From assembly GCF_004010195.1 (NCBI RefSeq), contig NC_057718.1, positions 15,468,952-15,507,713 of the forward strand: a stretch of DNA of 38,762 nucleotides. The letters are read 5' to 3'. This DNA comes from Chiloscyllium plagiosum (Eukaryota). A model generated the notes under the pieces. It was not told the DNA's origin, ran no database searches, and saw only the letters and a list, made by a program, of their open reading frames with translations. Each line of letters starts with the position of its first letter. The stretch's first letter is position 1. Position numbers and translations under genes: made by a program. This document shows, piece after piece, positions 10,005 to 23,100 of the stretch.

Positions 10005-10473
10005 TTTAAAGAAGAAGGTGCAAAGAAGGTTTACCAGGATGCTGCCTGGACTGGAGGGTTTGCCTTATGAAGAGAGGTTGACTAAGCTCAGACTTTTCTC
10101 TCTGGAAAGAAGGAGGAAGAGAGGTGACCTGATCGAGGTATACAAGGTAATGAGAGGCATGAATAGAGTCAATAGCCAGAGACTTTTCCTCAGGGCAGGA
10201 TTAGCTGGCATGAGGGGTCATAGTCTTAAGATATTAGGAGAAAGGTATAGAGGGGAAGTCAGAGGAAGGGTTCTTTACGCAGAGAGTTGTGAATCTATGG
10301 AATGCTTTGCTAGCACTGGTGGTGGACATTTAAGCGACTGCTGGACATGCACATTGATAGCAGTGAATTGAGGGGTGCATAGGTTAAGTTATTTTATTTT
10401 ACATTAGGATTAACCCTCGGCACAACAGCGTGGGCCACAGGGCCTGTTCTGTGCTGTAATTTTCTATGTTCTA
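10005..10473 (+). mobile_element. CR1/HER1 LINE 3' end
   Basis: KVQRRFTRMLPGLEGLPYEERLTKLRLFSLERRRKRGDLIEVYKVMRG, followed by the tail gggcctgttctgtgctgt..ttctatgttcta. Confidence 0.92.
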
Positions 10474-10769
10474 TTAAATCATCCAACCATTAACGTACCC
10501 ATTGTAAGATTGTTCTCCTGAAACTTGTGAAGATACTTTGCTTTAAAAACTCAAAAACTGTATTTTTTAAAACAAAATCAAAGCTGTGGGAAAACGACCA
10601 AGAAAATTCCCAATCAACATGACCTTTATTTATTTGTTTATAAATAAAGGGAATTTTAAATTCAAAAAAGGCTGAAATAGACATATGAAATAAAGACTAT
10701 GCTGATTGTTGAACTCAGATGAGGACTGCAGCTTATTTGAATCAGCTATTTGCTGCATGTTTAAAGATG

Positions 10770-11110
10770 GACTTTTGGTAACGAGGCGCAGAACTGGGCG
10801 GAGGGTGGGGTTTAATAGGCTGTGTGTGCGGTGTCTCGCTTGGTCTTCAGACGAGTGGTTCTGTAGCTATGGCGATCGGCAGGCCATACGATCTGATTAT
10901 CTTCGGCGCCTCCGGTTTTACCGGCCAGTATGTGGTAGAGGAGACGGCTCGGGTGGCGTCCGAGACAGATGGCCCGCGGCAGCTCACCTGGACCGTGGCC
11001 GGTAGGAACCGCACTAAGCTGGAGGAAGTGTTGGGACGGGCGGCCAGCGCTCTTGGTGAGTCTCAGGCCTCTGGGCCGCTAACAGGCCTCAGGAGTCACA
11101 GTGGTATTTG
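10770..11110 (+). promoter_or_regulatory. SCCPDH promoter / small CpG island
   Basis: CpG-rich patch over exon 1. GC box GGGCGGAG at 10796-10803, then TTTAATA at 10811-10817. Confidence 0.6.
10869..11055 (+). CDS. SCCPDH: SCCPDH exon 1
   Basis: MAIGRPYDLIIFGASGFTGQYVVEE...RAASAL; donor G|GTGAGT, phase 1. Confidence 0.95.
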
Positions 11111-14100
11111 CGATGCAAAGGCAAATCCTCCCAGTTAAATTGAAAGACTAGTGAGAGAAAGATCATATAAAATCCTTTTGCTTTGAAGGACCGAGTATGT
11201 GTCTAGTTGCTTCCTCCCCGGTTGTTATGAGCACCAATGTGTCAGGACATGAAATGCTCGTCCCATGGTTCATTTACCTGAAATGGCTTGCAAATATTGA
11301 TTTTTCCAAAGTTGACAACACCGAGTCAGCTTTGTTTTGAGTCAGAATTCTTGTCTGCTCTTTCTCCAGTGCTGGAGTGAATTAATTCAAACTCACTGAG
11401 GATCTCTGTTTAATTTTGGCTCTTGTGTTTTTAAAGCTAAGATGAACCATTCTGATGTTAGGGTGGTTATTATTGCAATAATTGCCATAAGATATTTGCA
11501 TAAATTTAAATCTGGAGCAAGGTGTCCCGAGGCACTTAAAAAGTCAGACCTATATACGAATGTAGCTAGAGCATTAGAAGTGACTAAAGTCCACTGTCAG
11601 AGGGTATAAGTCATAAAAAGTGCTGTATAAGTGCAAGACTTTCTCAAGCGGTTTAAAGGTGGGAGAAGTGTAGCAAGAGAAAGCAATATAGGTGGGCATT
11701 TCTGTTGTATGGTTAAGGTGGGCGAAGGGGATGAAATAGCGTGAATAGTATGGTAGATTGGTATTAAAGAATTGAATATGTAGTTTAGGATGTTGGGCCC
11801 AAGAAGTTTGCAAAGATGGGTAACAAGTGTTTGAAAACACCAACCTGCTTACATTGCATTCAATTAAACATTCATTCAAATCTTCATGACCATTAATTCT
11901 GCATGCATTCAATAACCTTCTCGCAGTTTTCCCATGTACCACTCTCCATAAATTCTAGCACTCTGCCTGTGTGAGAATTTCTAGTGGGCAACTAGAGACT
12001 GGCAATAGATGTCAGCAATGTTGTGAACAATTCCAAAACCTCTGGATGTCATGGAGTCATTGTTGTACAGTGTGGAAACAGACCATTTGGTCCAATTTGT
12101 CTATGCTGACCAGATATCCTGAATTAATCTAGTCCCATTTACAAACATTTCCCTCTAAACTCATTCATGTACTCGTCCAGATGCCTTTTATGTGCATGGA
12201 CGATTAATTAAGTGTGGTGTAAGCATGTTGATGAACAATGTTTTGAGGAGGAATTAAGGAGTGTTGGTGATGCGCTGAATGTTTAAAGATTGTCTTTGGG
12301 TTGAGCAGTGCATGAGTGAGTTTTTATGAAGTTAGAGTGGGCACAGCACAGTAATTAAAATTCCTGGCTAAAACTGAGTAGGTTAGATTCAGGCAGATTG
12401 ACCTTTGCTTACATTTTAAGAAACTAAAGAAACCAAATCTAATTTAAATCTCAATTGCGTTGGAATATTCCACTATGCTACACCATTGGCAGTATGTTGT
12501 TTCACTGTACTCTGCAGCTGCAGTCTCAAAATTTTTTATAATTTAAACATAGGATATCAGAAGAATGACTGGTCTTGTTGATCTGATTTCTTTTTTAAAA
12601 AACATTGGTTGAATTGTCTGTGTATAGTTGAAACATTTGCTCTTTTATAATTTGGCAATGCTGGGAATAAACAACCTTTCTGTTTCTAAATCAAATTAGA
12701 TGGTCACGCTGCAAACTGTTATTTTGTATGCCTTCTTTTTTCTAAGGTAGAGTAGATCAGTTTGTCAAAGGCCAAAGCAGGTGCTGTTTTACATTTGATC
12801 ACTGCTGGGGTTCATTTTCAATCCTTAAAAAGTGAACTTTCCTCCTTTTGCCTCTCCATGCTTTCAACCCATTACACCAAGGTGACTGATTTAAGAAATT
12901 CAGTATTTCTTTGCTGCATGACATTTCTTGTTCTGTCTTGTTCTTTTAAAACTAGTTTTGATTATAGATTTAGTTTCCACCCTTGTATTATAAAAGAAGA
13001 TTTGTATGCTTGTTTATTGTAAAGGGTGTGTGTATACACTCAAGGCGTATTCTTTTTTAAAAATCAAGGAAGCAATATAATGCAATAGATTTCTAAAGCG
13101 GACAGGTAGTTGCTATGTTCCATCGAATGAAATGTATTTTATGTTCGAATGGAAAAAAAATTCATTTTCCCCACGATACACTTTGTAAAGTAATAATGCT
13201 CTTGTTTCAGGAATACCAGAGCTGAAGTCTAAAGAATGTATAATCTGTGATATAAATGATCCGCTCTCACTTGCCGAAATGTGCCAGCAGGGATCAGTGA
13301 TCCTCAACTGCGTGGGACCAGTATGTATACATTGAAGTTCAAAAGCAGCAAATTTGTGTCTTTTATTGGAGCAATGTTGTCTTGTCAATTTTTAAGAACA
13401 TATTTGCACTACATTTCAGTATTTAATTCAATAGTATTAAGCAAAATGTGAGGTAAAGCACTTGGGAAGGGGTACGAGACATGGTATTACACAATTAATG
13501 GTATGTTCCTGTAAAATAATGAAGATCAGAAAGCTTTTGATGTGCACATCTACAGATTCTTGAAGGTAGCAGTGCAAGGAGATAAGGTGGTTATCAAGGA
13601 AAATGGAATACTGGCCTTTATTAGCCCAGGTACAGAATACAAGAGCAAGGATGTTATGCTGGAACTGTATAAATGCTGGTTAGGCTACAACTGGAGTATT
13701 GCATGCAGTTCTGATCACTGTTTTATCAGAAGGAAGTGATTTTTAAAGGGGGTGCAGAGGTAATTTATCAGGATGTTGCCTGGGTTGGATGGTTTGAACA
13801 ATGAACAAAGATTGGATAGCCTGGGGTTGTTTTCCTTGGCGTGGTGAAGATTGAAAGGAGACTTGATTCAAGGTATAAAAGATTAAGGGGCATAGATATG
13901 GTTAATAGGAAAGCACTTTTTTTTCCCCCATTCTTTGAAGGGTCATTAACCAGGAGGTGGAGATTTTAAGGTAAGGGGTAGAGATGAGCAATCTTCTCAT
14001 GCAGAGGATGATGGGAACCTGGAGCTCTCTACTTGTAAGGGTAGTTGAGTCAAAAACTCTTGTAATGTTTGAGCAGTGTCCAGATATTTACTTGCTACCT

Positions 14101-17100
14101 TCAGGGCCATGGGCCAAAAGCTGGTAAATGGGTAGTGTGCAGTCGATCTTTGTGGACTGATGGGGATATGATAGGCTGAATTGTAAATATTATTTTTAAA
14201 TGCACAACTTTTAAAATTATTTTTGTGGAAGATTTTTTTTCCTGTAATGCAGTGTCATTTGATGCATGCTAAAGAGATTAGAATGTGTAGATTGGGAAGA
14301 TGATTTATCTAGATGGGATAAAAAGATTACACACCGTGAAAGGTGAGAAACCAGCTTGGTTTCTGCTTCCTAAAAGGATATCTGGGAAATACTCACTTTA
14401 GGAGAAGGGCTTAGTTTGTGAATCTTCCAAACCATAGAAGTCTTTAGGTTTATTAAAACTGAGAAAGGTTAGGCTTGCATTTCTTGAGTAGACTTGGGGA
14501 AAAAAAATCATTGTGTTGTCTTACACTCCACTGCAAAGAAACCGTAAGGAGTCAGCTAAGTAGAAATTTGAGTTGAAGTAGGAGTGTGATCTCAGAGTAT
14601 CAGGATATGAGTTAAAACTTTGTTTTGCTGTGTGATTTTAACATCATTTTGTCTTTAAAATTTAGCTGTCAGTTTACTTTTATTTCTTTTGTTGAAAACC
14701 TTCAGCTTTGTGTGAATATGTTTCAATGAATAACCACCAAATTACTGATTAAATAAGCCAGGCTTTATTCTAGGATCTGACTTGTCCAATAGTACCATCA
14801 GCAGGGATCATAACAATATGATCATGTAAATTAGAAACAGAAGTAGACCTTTTAACCGTTGAGCTGACTCTGCCATTTGATAAGTTTATGACTGATCTTA
14901 TTGTGACCTCACATCCACGATTCTGCTTATCCTTCTTAAACTAGAATCTATCAAACTTCACCTTAATTTTCACTGGTCCTGCCTCAATTTCTTTATGAGG
15001 AAGAGAATTTCTCAGACCTATGACCTTCTGAGAGAAAACAAAATCTCATCCTCCTTTTGAACCAGAAAGCCTTTTTTTTTAAAAAATGTGCCTTTTAGTT
15101 CTGCAGTCTTCTATATGAGATCGCATCCTTTGCACATCCTCTTAGGATCTTCCATGTTCCACTAAGATCGAATGAGATACAGACCTGTCCTATTCAACTT
15201 TTCCTCATAAGGTGACTCCCTTCATCCCAGGAATCTGTTGAGTGAAAGCAGAGTACTGCAGATGCTGGATAATCATACATTAGAAATCTCATCCAGGCCT
15301 GTGGTTCACATCGTAAATATTTGTGGTACGTTGCTCATTACATCTTGTCACCTTGAAAATGTCCCATTTATGCATGCTTGCTTTCTTTCCTGTTAGCTAA
15401 CATGTCTTCTGTCCATGCTAATGTTACTTCTAGACCATGGGTTCTTATCCTTGTAGTAACCTATGATATGACACCTTGTCCACAGGTTCCCTTTATCCAT
15501 GTGTCTTGTTGCCTCAAAGAACTTGAATATATGGCCAAACACTTTCTTGCTTTCACAAAATCGCATTTACTCTGCTCGATTGCAATGTGACTTTAAGGTG
15601 TGGTAAACCTTCCTTTAATAATAGGTTTCCACATCTTTCGGATAGATATTAAGCCAACTGACCTATAGTTTACTGTTTTGTGATGTCCTCCTTTTCTTGA
15701 AAAGAGTTAAATTAACTCTTATGGGGCATTTCCAGAACCAAGGGAATTTTGGAAAGTTAAAGCCATTGCGTCTATTGTCTCAGCATCCAGCTCTTATAAG
15801 ACCCAACGATGAAATCTGTCAGGTTATTTGACTTTTTATTAGCTTTCATTTCCAGTATTTCCGGTTTTCTCAGTTCCCTGGTTATTGATAGTAAGTTCCT
15901 CCCTTGCTTTCATCTCTTGGTTTATAATTAATCTGAGATGTTATTTCTATCCTGCATAGTGAAGACATACAAAATATCTGTTCAATTCATCTCCCACTTT
16001 CTTCTTTTTCATTTCTAATTTCCCAGACACCTTTTAGAGGATCAACATTTACTTTACCTAAAGAAGTTGTTAATGTTTGTATTTCTAGCTATTTTTCTCA
16101 TGTACTTCATTATTTTTTCAATAATTTGTATTTTTTAATATTCTGACCTGCCTGCTACAATCCTTGTACGCTTTTTGTACCAAATTTGAAAAAAAACTTT
16201 AATTTCCTTAGTCAGGGATAGTTTGCACTACTCGCATTTATTTTTTTCCTCAATGGAATGTATACTTTGCTGAAATGTGAAATTACCTACAATTGTCTGC
16301 CACTGTATTTCAACTGTCTCTTAGCCTAACTTCTCTTTTTACTTTGACTCTGACCTCCTGTCCACATAATTGCCCTTTTTTTTTGAGCTGTTAGAAATAA
16401 GTGTCTCTTTATGTAATGAACTACACTAAAGAATTGCAATGGTCCAACTTGATTTTGCTGATAACTGACCCAAGATAATCTGTCTATAGTACAGATTTTT
16501 CGGTGAGCCAGTGGTGAAGGCCTGTGTTGAAAATGGAACTCACTGCGTTGATATTAGTGGTGAACCTCAGGTATTGATGTTTTTCTCTTTTTTTATTTTA
16601 AAAAGATCATAATTAAGTCACTTTCCCAACAGAGGCTGTTTTATATATATTACTCAATAGTTTTAATGTGTTCAAAATACTGTTTTGTGTATTTTCCTCA
16701 TTGTAAATAGAAACATAGAATTTGTATTTAAGGTGACCATTCAAACCATCCTGTTTGTACTGGCTCCTCAGGGAGATATTCTGCTAGTCCCATTCTCTAG
16801 CCCTAACTCCATAACTCTCTAAATTTAGCACTTTCAAAATATATATCCAACTCTCTTTTGAAACATTATATGGAATCTGTCCCAGCACACTCCTCCTATC
16901 TCATGGGACACTTGGTCTACATGCCCAAAGAACTGCAGATTTAATATCAATCTGTTCAATCACATGAAGATAAATGGAAGAAACTTGTGATATTGATTAG
17001 TGAGCATTTCAAATCAAGGGAATGCTAACGCAGATTTGTAATCTATCCTCTTACTTGAAGTGATTTATCATTATTTGAAAAAGTTTAATGAAAATTTCTT

Positions 17101-20100
17101 TGTACTTACTACATGAAATTGTCAAGAAAGTATCAATAAGCAATCTGTTAACAATAGGTTATTTTGAAAACAGAAGTCTTTTCATAAATGGGTCAGTCAG
17201 CACCCAAAAACAATAAATTCACTTTAAGTATCTTCATCAGGATTCAGATTTTTTTTTCCCCCTCTGAATTAACATAAATTTCTGTCAAATGCTGATCACC
17301 CATCTGTGTTTTTCCAGAATTTAGCATTTAATTCAGATTTCCAGCTGGTCAAATAATTTTTTGCTCTTCAATGCTGTAATTTGATTCAATAATTATTTTT
17401 AAAGAAAAAGGAAAATTTGCATTATTTTGTCATTAACAGTTTTTGGAAGGCATGCAACTAAAATATGACCATCAAGCTGCTGAAAAAGGAGTATATATAG
17501 TTGGAAGCTGTGGTTTTGATTCCATTCCAGCAGATATGGGCGTATTGTTTACCAGGAACCAATTGAAAGGTAATTTACAATGGGTAACTGATTTAAAATG
17601 TACAATTGTAGCACCACCAGTATTACAAGACACCTGAATCCTTCAATTTCTATCTAGACAGACTTTACTCAGGAGTTGTAGTTTTGTCTGCTATGTCATT
17701 TTAAGATGTGTTTTGATGTGTCAATGTCTGTCAGCTGCATGTTGCTTCTTTGTGCAGTATGAAATAACTTATAGGGAAAAGTCAATAGCAAGGTAAAACA
17801 AAAGCAGAAATTGCTGGAGAAACTCAAGTCTGGCAGCATCTGTGGAGACAAAGAGTTAACATTCAGAATTGCTCTGAAGAAGGGTCACTGGACATAGTCA
17901 TCATTAGATTCTTAATTCCAGATTTTTTTAAAAAATTGAATCCAAATTCCACCACCTGCTGTGGCAGGATTCAAACCCAGGTCCCCAGAATATTAGCTGA
18001 GTTTCTGCATTAATAATCTTGCAATAATACCACTAGGCCATCACCTCCCCAATCAGTGAGTGACAGATTGCATTTTGAACATGATTTCTTTTGGACTCCA
18101 AGTTCACATACAAATGTTAGTTGACTTAGACGTGCATCAGGTTTCTGGAGTAAGATGAGTCAGTGTTGAAAGAAGAAAGGTAACCAGTTGGAAAGAGAAC
18201 ATTTACTGATTTGCCAACTTGAGATGTACATTAACATGCTGCTTCATCTCGATAAAGAGCATTATTCACAAAACCTGCGGTGATTGTTATTTCTAGGTTT
18301 TCAGTCTGTTCCTTGGAAAGTAGCTCAGGGTTTGTAATGAAGATAACTACCTTAAGAAACTTGGTATATATTTGGAATACCACCCTGCAATCCAGTATTT
18401 TATTTATCTTTTATTTTTGGTAATCGGTTGTATTTCAAGACACAAAATTCCAGTTCTGATTAACAGAACTGATCTAATTTCTGTGGGCACTCTGAGAATC
18501 AATTGGTTGATGGTTTCAATTGCACATTGAGTGACTACCTTCAACAAAAATGAAGCTACTGATTGCTGTTGTTTCTTATGTTGGTTAGCAACACCTTCTG
18601 TTTGCCATTTTCAATTTCTTAATTTCTTAATTCTGTTTCAACTTTACATAAAAACAGGTGTCATGATTTTGAGCCAAATTCGATGCCTAAGTGAGACTAT
18701 TTTGGATAACTGGGATATAGAATTCCTTCCATCAGTGCTGAAGGATGGTAATTGGTCAATCATGCCTGTACTGCCTCTTAAATGAGCATCATTACCTAGT
18801 GCCTGTCTTCTTTTTCCTTGGTACCCTTACATGTTATTTTTATGCAAATAATCATCCATTGGCCAGTGAAATGCTTCTAATTAGACGCTCTTCAAACTTT
18901 CTTTGTAGTTCATTATGTAATGTCAGTTGAAAAATTGTGTGGTTCAGCAGTCTCTGGTGTGATCCAATTTTTGTGGATGGTTGAGAATTATGAAAAATAT
19001 TTAAGATATAATTGATAATTTGGGATTTTGTTTTAAACAGGTACTTTGGAGAACTAGTCATTCAGAATTTTGCATTGTTACTTTTCAGGTACTCTAACTG
19101 CAGTTGAAAGCTTCGTATTAATAAAATCAGGACCTGAGGTTTGTTTCTTGTCGATTTTCATGTAACGTAGTTGAAATAATAAACTCTGCTATTTATATTG
19201 GTATATGTTTGCATCCATCCAATTAACCAACTTAGAATAGATTTAATTTGTTATCAACTCTCCCTTAGTGTTGCTCTGGTTGAGTCAGAGATGTACAGCA
19301 TGGAAACAGACCTTTAGTTCCCCCCCCCAGGGAAAAGACCTTGTCAATTTTCCTTATCCTTCTACCTCATTATTTTATAAACTTCCATAAGGTGACCTCT
19401 CAGCCTCTGATGCTTCAGGGAAAATAGCCCCAGCCTATTCAGCTTCTCGCGATAACTCAAACCCTCCAACCCTTACCAACATCATTGTAAATCTTTTCTG
19501 AATCCTTTCAATTTCACAACATCCTTCCAATATTTGGGAGACCAGAATTGCAAGCAGTATTCCAAAAATGGCCTAACCAATGTCTTGTACAGCTGCAACA
19601 TAACCTACCAATTCTTATGCTCAATGCTCTGACCAATAAAGGAAAACCTACCAAATGCTGCCCTTCCCTATCCAATCCACGTGAAACTCCACTTTCTAGG
19701 AACTATGAACCTGCACTCCAAGGTCTCCTTGTTCAGTAACACTCCCCTAAGGACCTTATCATTTATGTGTAGAAGTCTTGCCCTGATTTTGCCTTTCCAA
19801 AATGCAGATAGTTTAATCTATCTAAATTAAACTCAAATCTGTCACTTCTTGGCCCATTGGCCTAACTGATCAAGATCGTGTTGTAGTTTGAGAGAACTTT
19901 CTTTGCCGTCCACTACACCTCCAATTTTGGTGTCATCTGCAAACTTACTTACTATGCATCCTATGGAGATTTGATAAAGGTACTCTATTTAAAATCATGT
20001 TGAGTGTGAACAGAGCAGATGGGGAAAAACTGTTCCCACTGCTGTAAGGATCAAGAACAAAGGGGCCCAGATTTAAACTAATTGTATAAGAAACAATGGA

Positions 20101-23100
20101 GGTCCGAGGAATGGCTTTTGCACTCGGCAAATGGTTAGGGGTTGGAATGCATTGTCTGAGTGTGCAGTGGGGTTTGTTCAGTCAAGGCTTTCAAGAGATG
20201 CTGGTATTAGATGATATGTTTAAGATCCCAAACTTGTTAAAAGTCTGAAACTCTAAACCAAAATTGTTGCTGTAAATACATTTAGAAACACACATAACTG
20301 CAGGATACCCTTCTGAACAGATGAGAAAAAGCAGAGGTATGTTTACTATTCACACCCCATGACTCATCAACATTCTGTAACCTTAATCTTGGAATCTTGG
20401 AGGGGTGAACTATTGGAACTGTTCACTTAAATCAGCAAAGGAAAGAAGGTTGTATTTCTGGCTTCAAAACTATTGGGGCCACGATGTGCCCATACAGATG
20501 TAGTATCTGTGTCTGGCAGCAATGGCGCAGTGAGGTGTCTGCATCAAAAAGGGGTAATAAAATGCTTTAATTTAATGCAAATCCTGGAATTGCAAGTTGC
20601 TCACTGCCCCCACTCAAAGCAGCAAGCAAGTTGTCTTTTTAGAGTTCCTTTAGTCAGTGACACCATTTATGTGTATGGATAGAGTTAACACTGGATTTCA
20701 ATTCTGTGTGCACACTGATGATGCCAGCAGTTACAGTGCAGTAGCAGTAGATAGTCCAGAGGATAAGACATTGATACACATACTGCAAGGCCAATCAACA
20801 TGGAGAGCAATACACAGGATTTATTTTGAAAAATACCTCCACCATGATCACAGGAAGATACAAGTTATGATTTTCGATCAGTACACACCAAGGATCAAAT
20901 GGGAACAGACCATATTTAGTGGTCTTGATCTTTTTAAAGAGGTCCAGTGAATTAATTAATTCAAGTTTGATTATTCAGAGGATGGTTTGTTTTATAACGA
21001 TCCCAGGTGAACATTACAGTGCACATTGGAGGAAGGGCATGTTTCTGCCAGGGTTTATTATTATTGTTACCTATTAACAACCTTACTTTCTGAATTTAAT
21101 TGCCCCTTTGCCCCTTTTGTTCTGCATGTTCCATGTGATTCTTATCTCTGTGATGCAGAGATTGAATAAATGTTAACAGTTTTTGTAAGCCAATTGTAGT
21201 ATCTCTGTTAAATTACATATTTTAGGATAATTTTGATAGAGGTATGCACTGGAGAAGCCTAGTATTTAGAATAACGTATTTCTTTTCTGCTTCCAAATTG
21301 AATCATCCTCCGTTTCCTCATGTTGATTAGTTACTTTTGAAAGTAGCACAAACTTGATGTGCTCAAGTTTTTACTCAGAAATGAAAAGTGACTGGATTTG
21401 TCTGTTTTTGGTGGAACCAACTAAAGGATAAACATTTATCAGAAATCTGGGAGACCTCTCAACAGTTTCAAATGAGTTCCAGGGCTGAAAATATCACCAT
21501 CCTTTCATTGTAAATTTAAACCAACAGTAATTGTGCCAAGTGAAAGGCAGGTTTTTGATAAAGAAATATACTGTAATTTCAACCATTTTTGATAATAATT
21601 GGACTGACTGATTTAAGAAAATTGTCTGTGCATTTAGTATGAGATTTCTGCTTGTCCGAACCATTTCTGTCTTGTTAATAGGGTGCCAGTTTTCATGAAG
21701 GAACTTGGCAGTCGGCAGTCCATGGACTGTCTGATCAGGATAATCTGAGAAAACTGAGGAGACAGTTTGGACATAAACCCCTTCCAATTATGGGGACCAA
21801 GCTAACACGGAGGTGAGAAAAACAAATTCCGTGTAAAAGCAGTCTTTACTTAATCAAGGTTGATACTATGTGCTTCTCCTCAATAGTTGAAGGCACATTA
21901 ACAATGTATGGCTGAAATTTACAATCATGCACTGAGGCAGCATATAATCTCTGTGCATGATTTGGGTTTTCTGTTGACTATTGTACATTAGCTTACAATC
22001 ATCTGTATTAAAAATTGTATATGCTCAGTGGAAGTTAAAATGTTCCCGATGTCCAGAACTAGGGGTCACTGTCTCAGAATAAGTGGTATGCCATTCAGGA
22101 CTGAGATGAAGAAGAATTTCTTCATTCACAGGAAGCTGTTGGGGCCAGTTCATTACATAAGAGGGAGCTGGATTTGGCCCTTGAGGCTAAAGGAATCAAG
22201 GGGTTTGGAGAGAAATGGGAAAGTGATACTAAAATTGAAAAATTAGCTATGAGCATATTGAATGGTGATGCATGCTGAAATGGCTGAATAGCCTACTGTT
22301 GCACCTATTTTCTATGTTTCACTAGACTACGCTCTTGATGCTTTCTGTACCAACCTTTTAGATTACTTAGTGTGGAAACAGGCCCTTCAGCCCAACAAGT
22401 CCACACCACCCCGCCGAATACCCATACCCCTACATTTACCCCTTACCTAACACTACGGGCAATTTAGCATGGCCAATTCACCTGACTTGCACATCTTTGG
22501 ACTGTGGGAGGAAACCGGAGCACCCGGAGGAAACCCACGCAGACACGGGGAGAACGTGCAAACTCCACACAGTCAGTCGCCTGAGGTGGGAATTGAACCC
22601 GGGTCTCTGGCGCTGTGAGGCAGCAGTGCTAGCCACTGTGCCACACCGTGCCGCCCACGCAAGAAATAGGCAAAACTTTCAGTAATGCTGCTTTTGAAAG
22701 GAATAGTATATTTTGTTAACTAAGGAGACTAGCAGTTTTTAAGTTTGATATTTTTCTAATAAATATGTGCTTTTGTACCCTTTCAACACTTTCATGAAAT
22801 GCTCTAGATGTCTCCACACTGCCTCCCATTTGTTAAAGTCCACTGCTTTAAAACATTTCTTTCACATCTGACAGCAATAATATTTGTCTATTTGCTATAC
22901 ATTGAATTTCCCTTTGTTTTCTCTGCTTGAGTGCAAAGATTTGCCTTCACTAACATAAAATGAATGTTTTATACTGTGTGACCTAGACCTTGATTTGCTA
23001 CAAGGAAAACTATTGTGTGCTTGGTTTGCCATTCCAAATGGCAAGTAATATATAGGTCTGACTTATTACTTAATTCTTGTGTGCTTTTCATTTACAAAAC

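Noticed and set aside
14243..14815. Possible solo LTR (TG...cataaca)
   Set aside because: The end resembles 5580-5600, but there is no TSD or definable start; not supportable.
20473..20950. ORFs 20473..20682 and 20657..20950 in intron 5
   Set aside because: No recognisable motifs or compatible splice sites; possibly very decayed repeat.
22560..22658. tRNA-like sequences here and at 3309, 17950-18050 and 33200-33290
   Set aside because: They are SINE/retroelement heads continuous with SINE bodies; no complete cloverleaf.
22497..22685. ORFs MDCGRKPEHPEETHAD... (also 33001..33291)
   Set aside because: Antisense translation of the HE1 V-domain; not genes.
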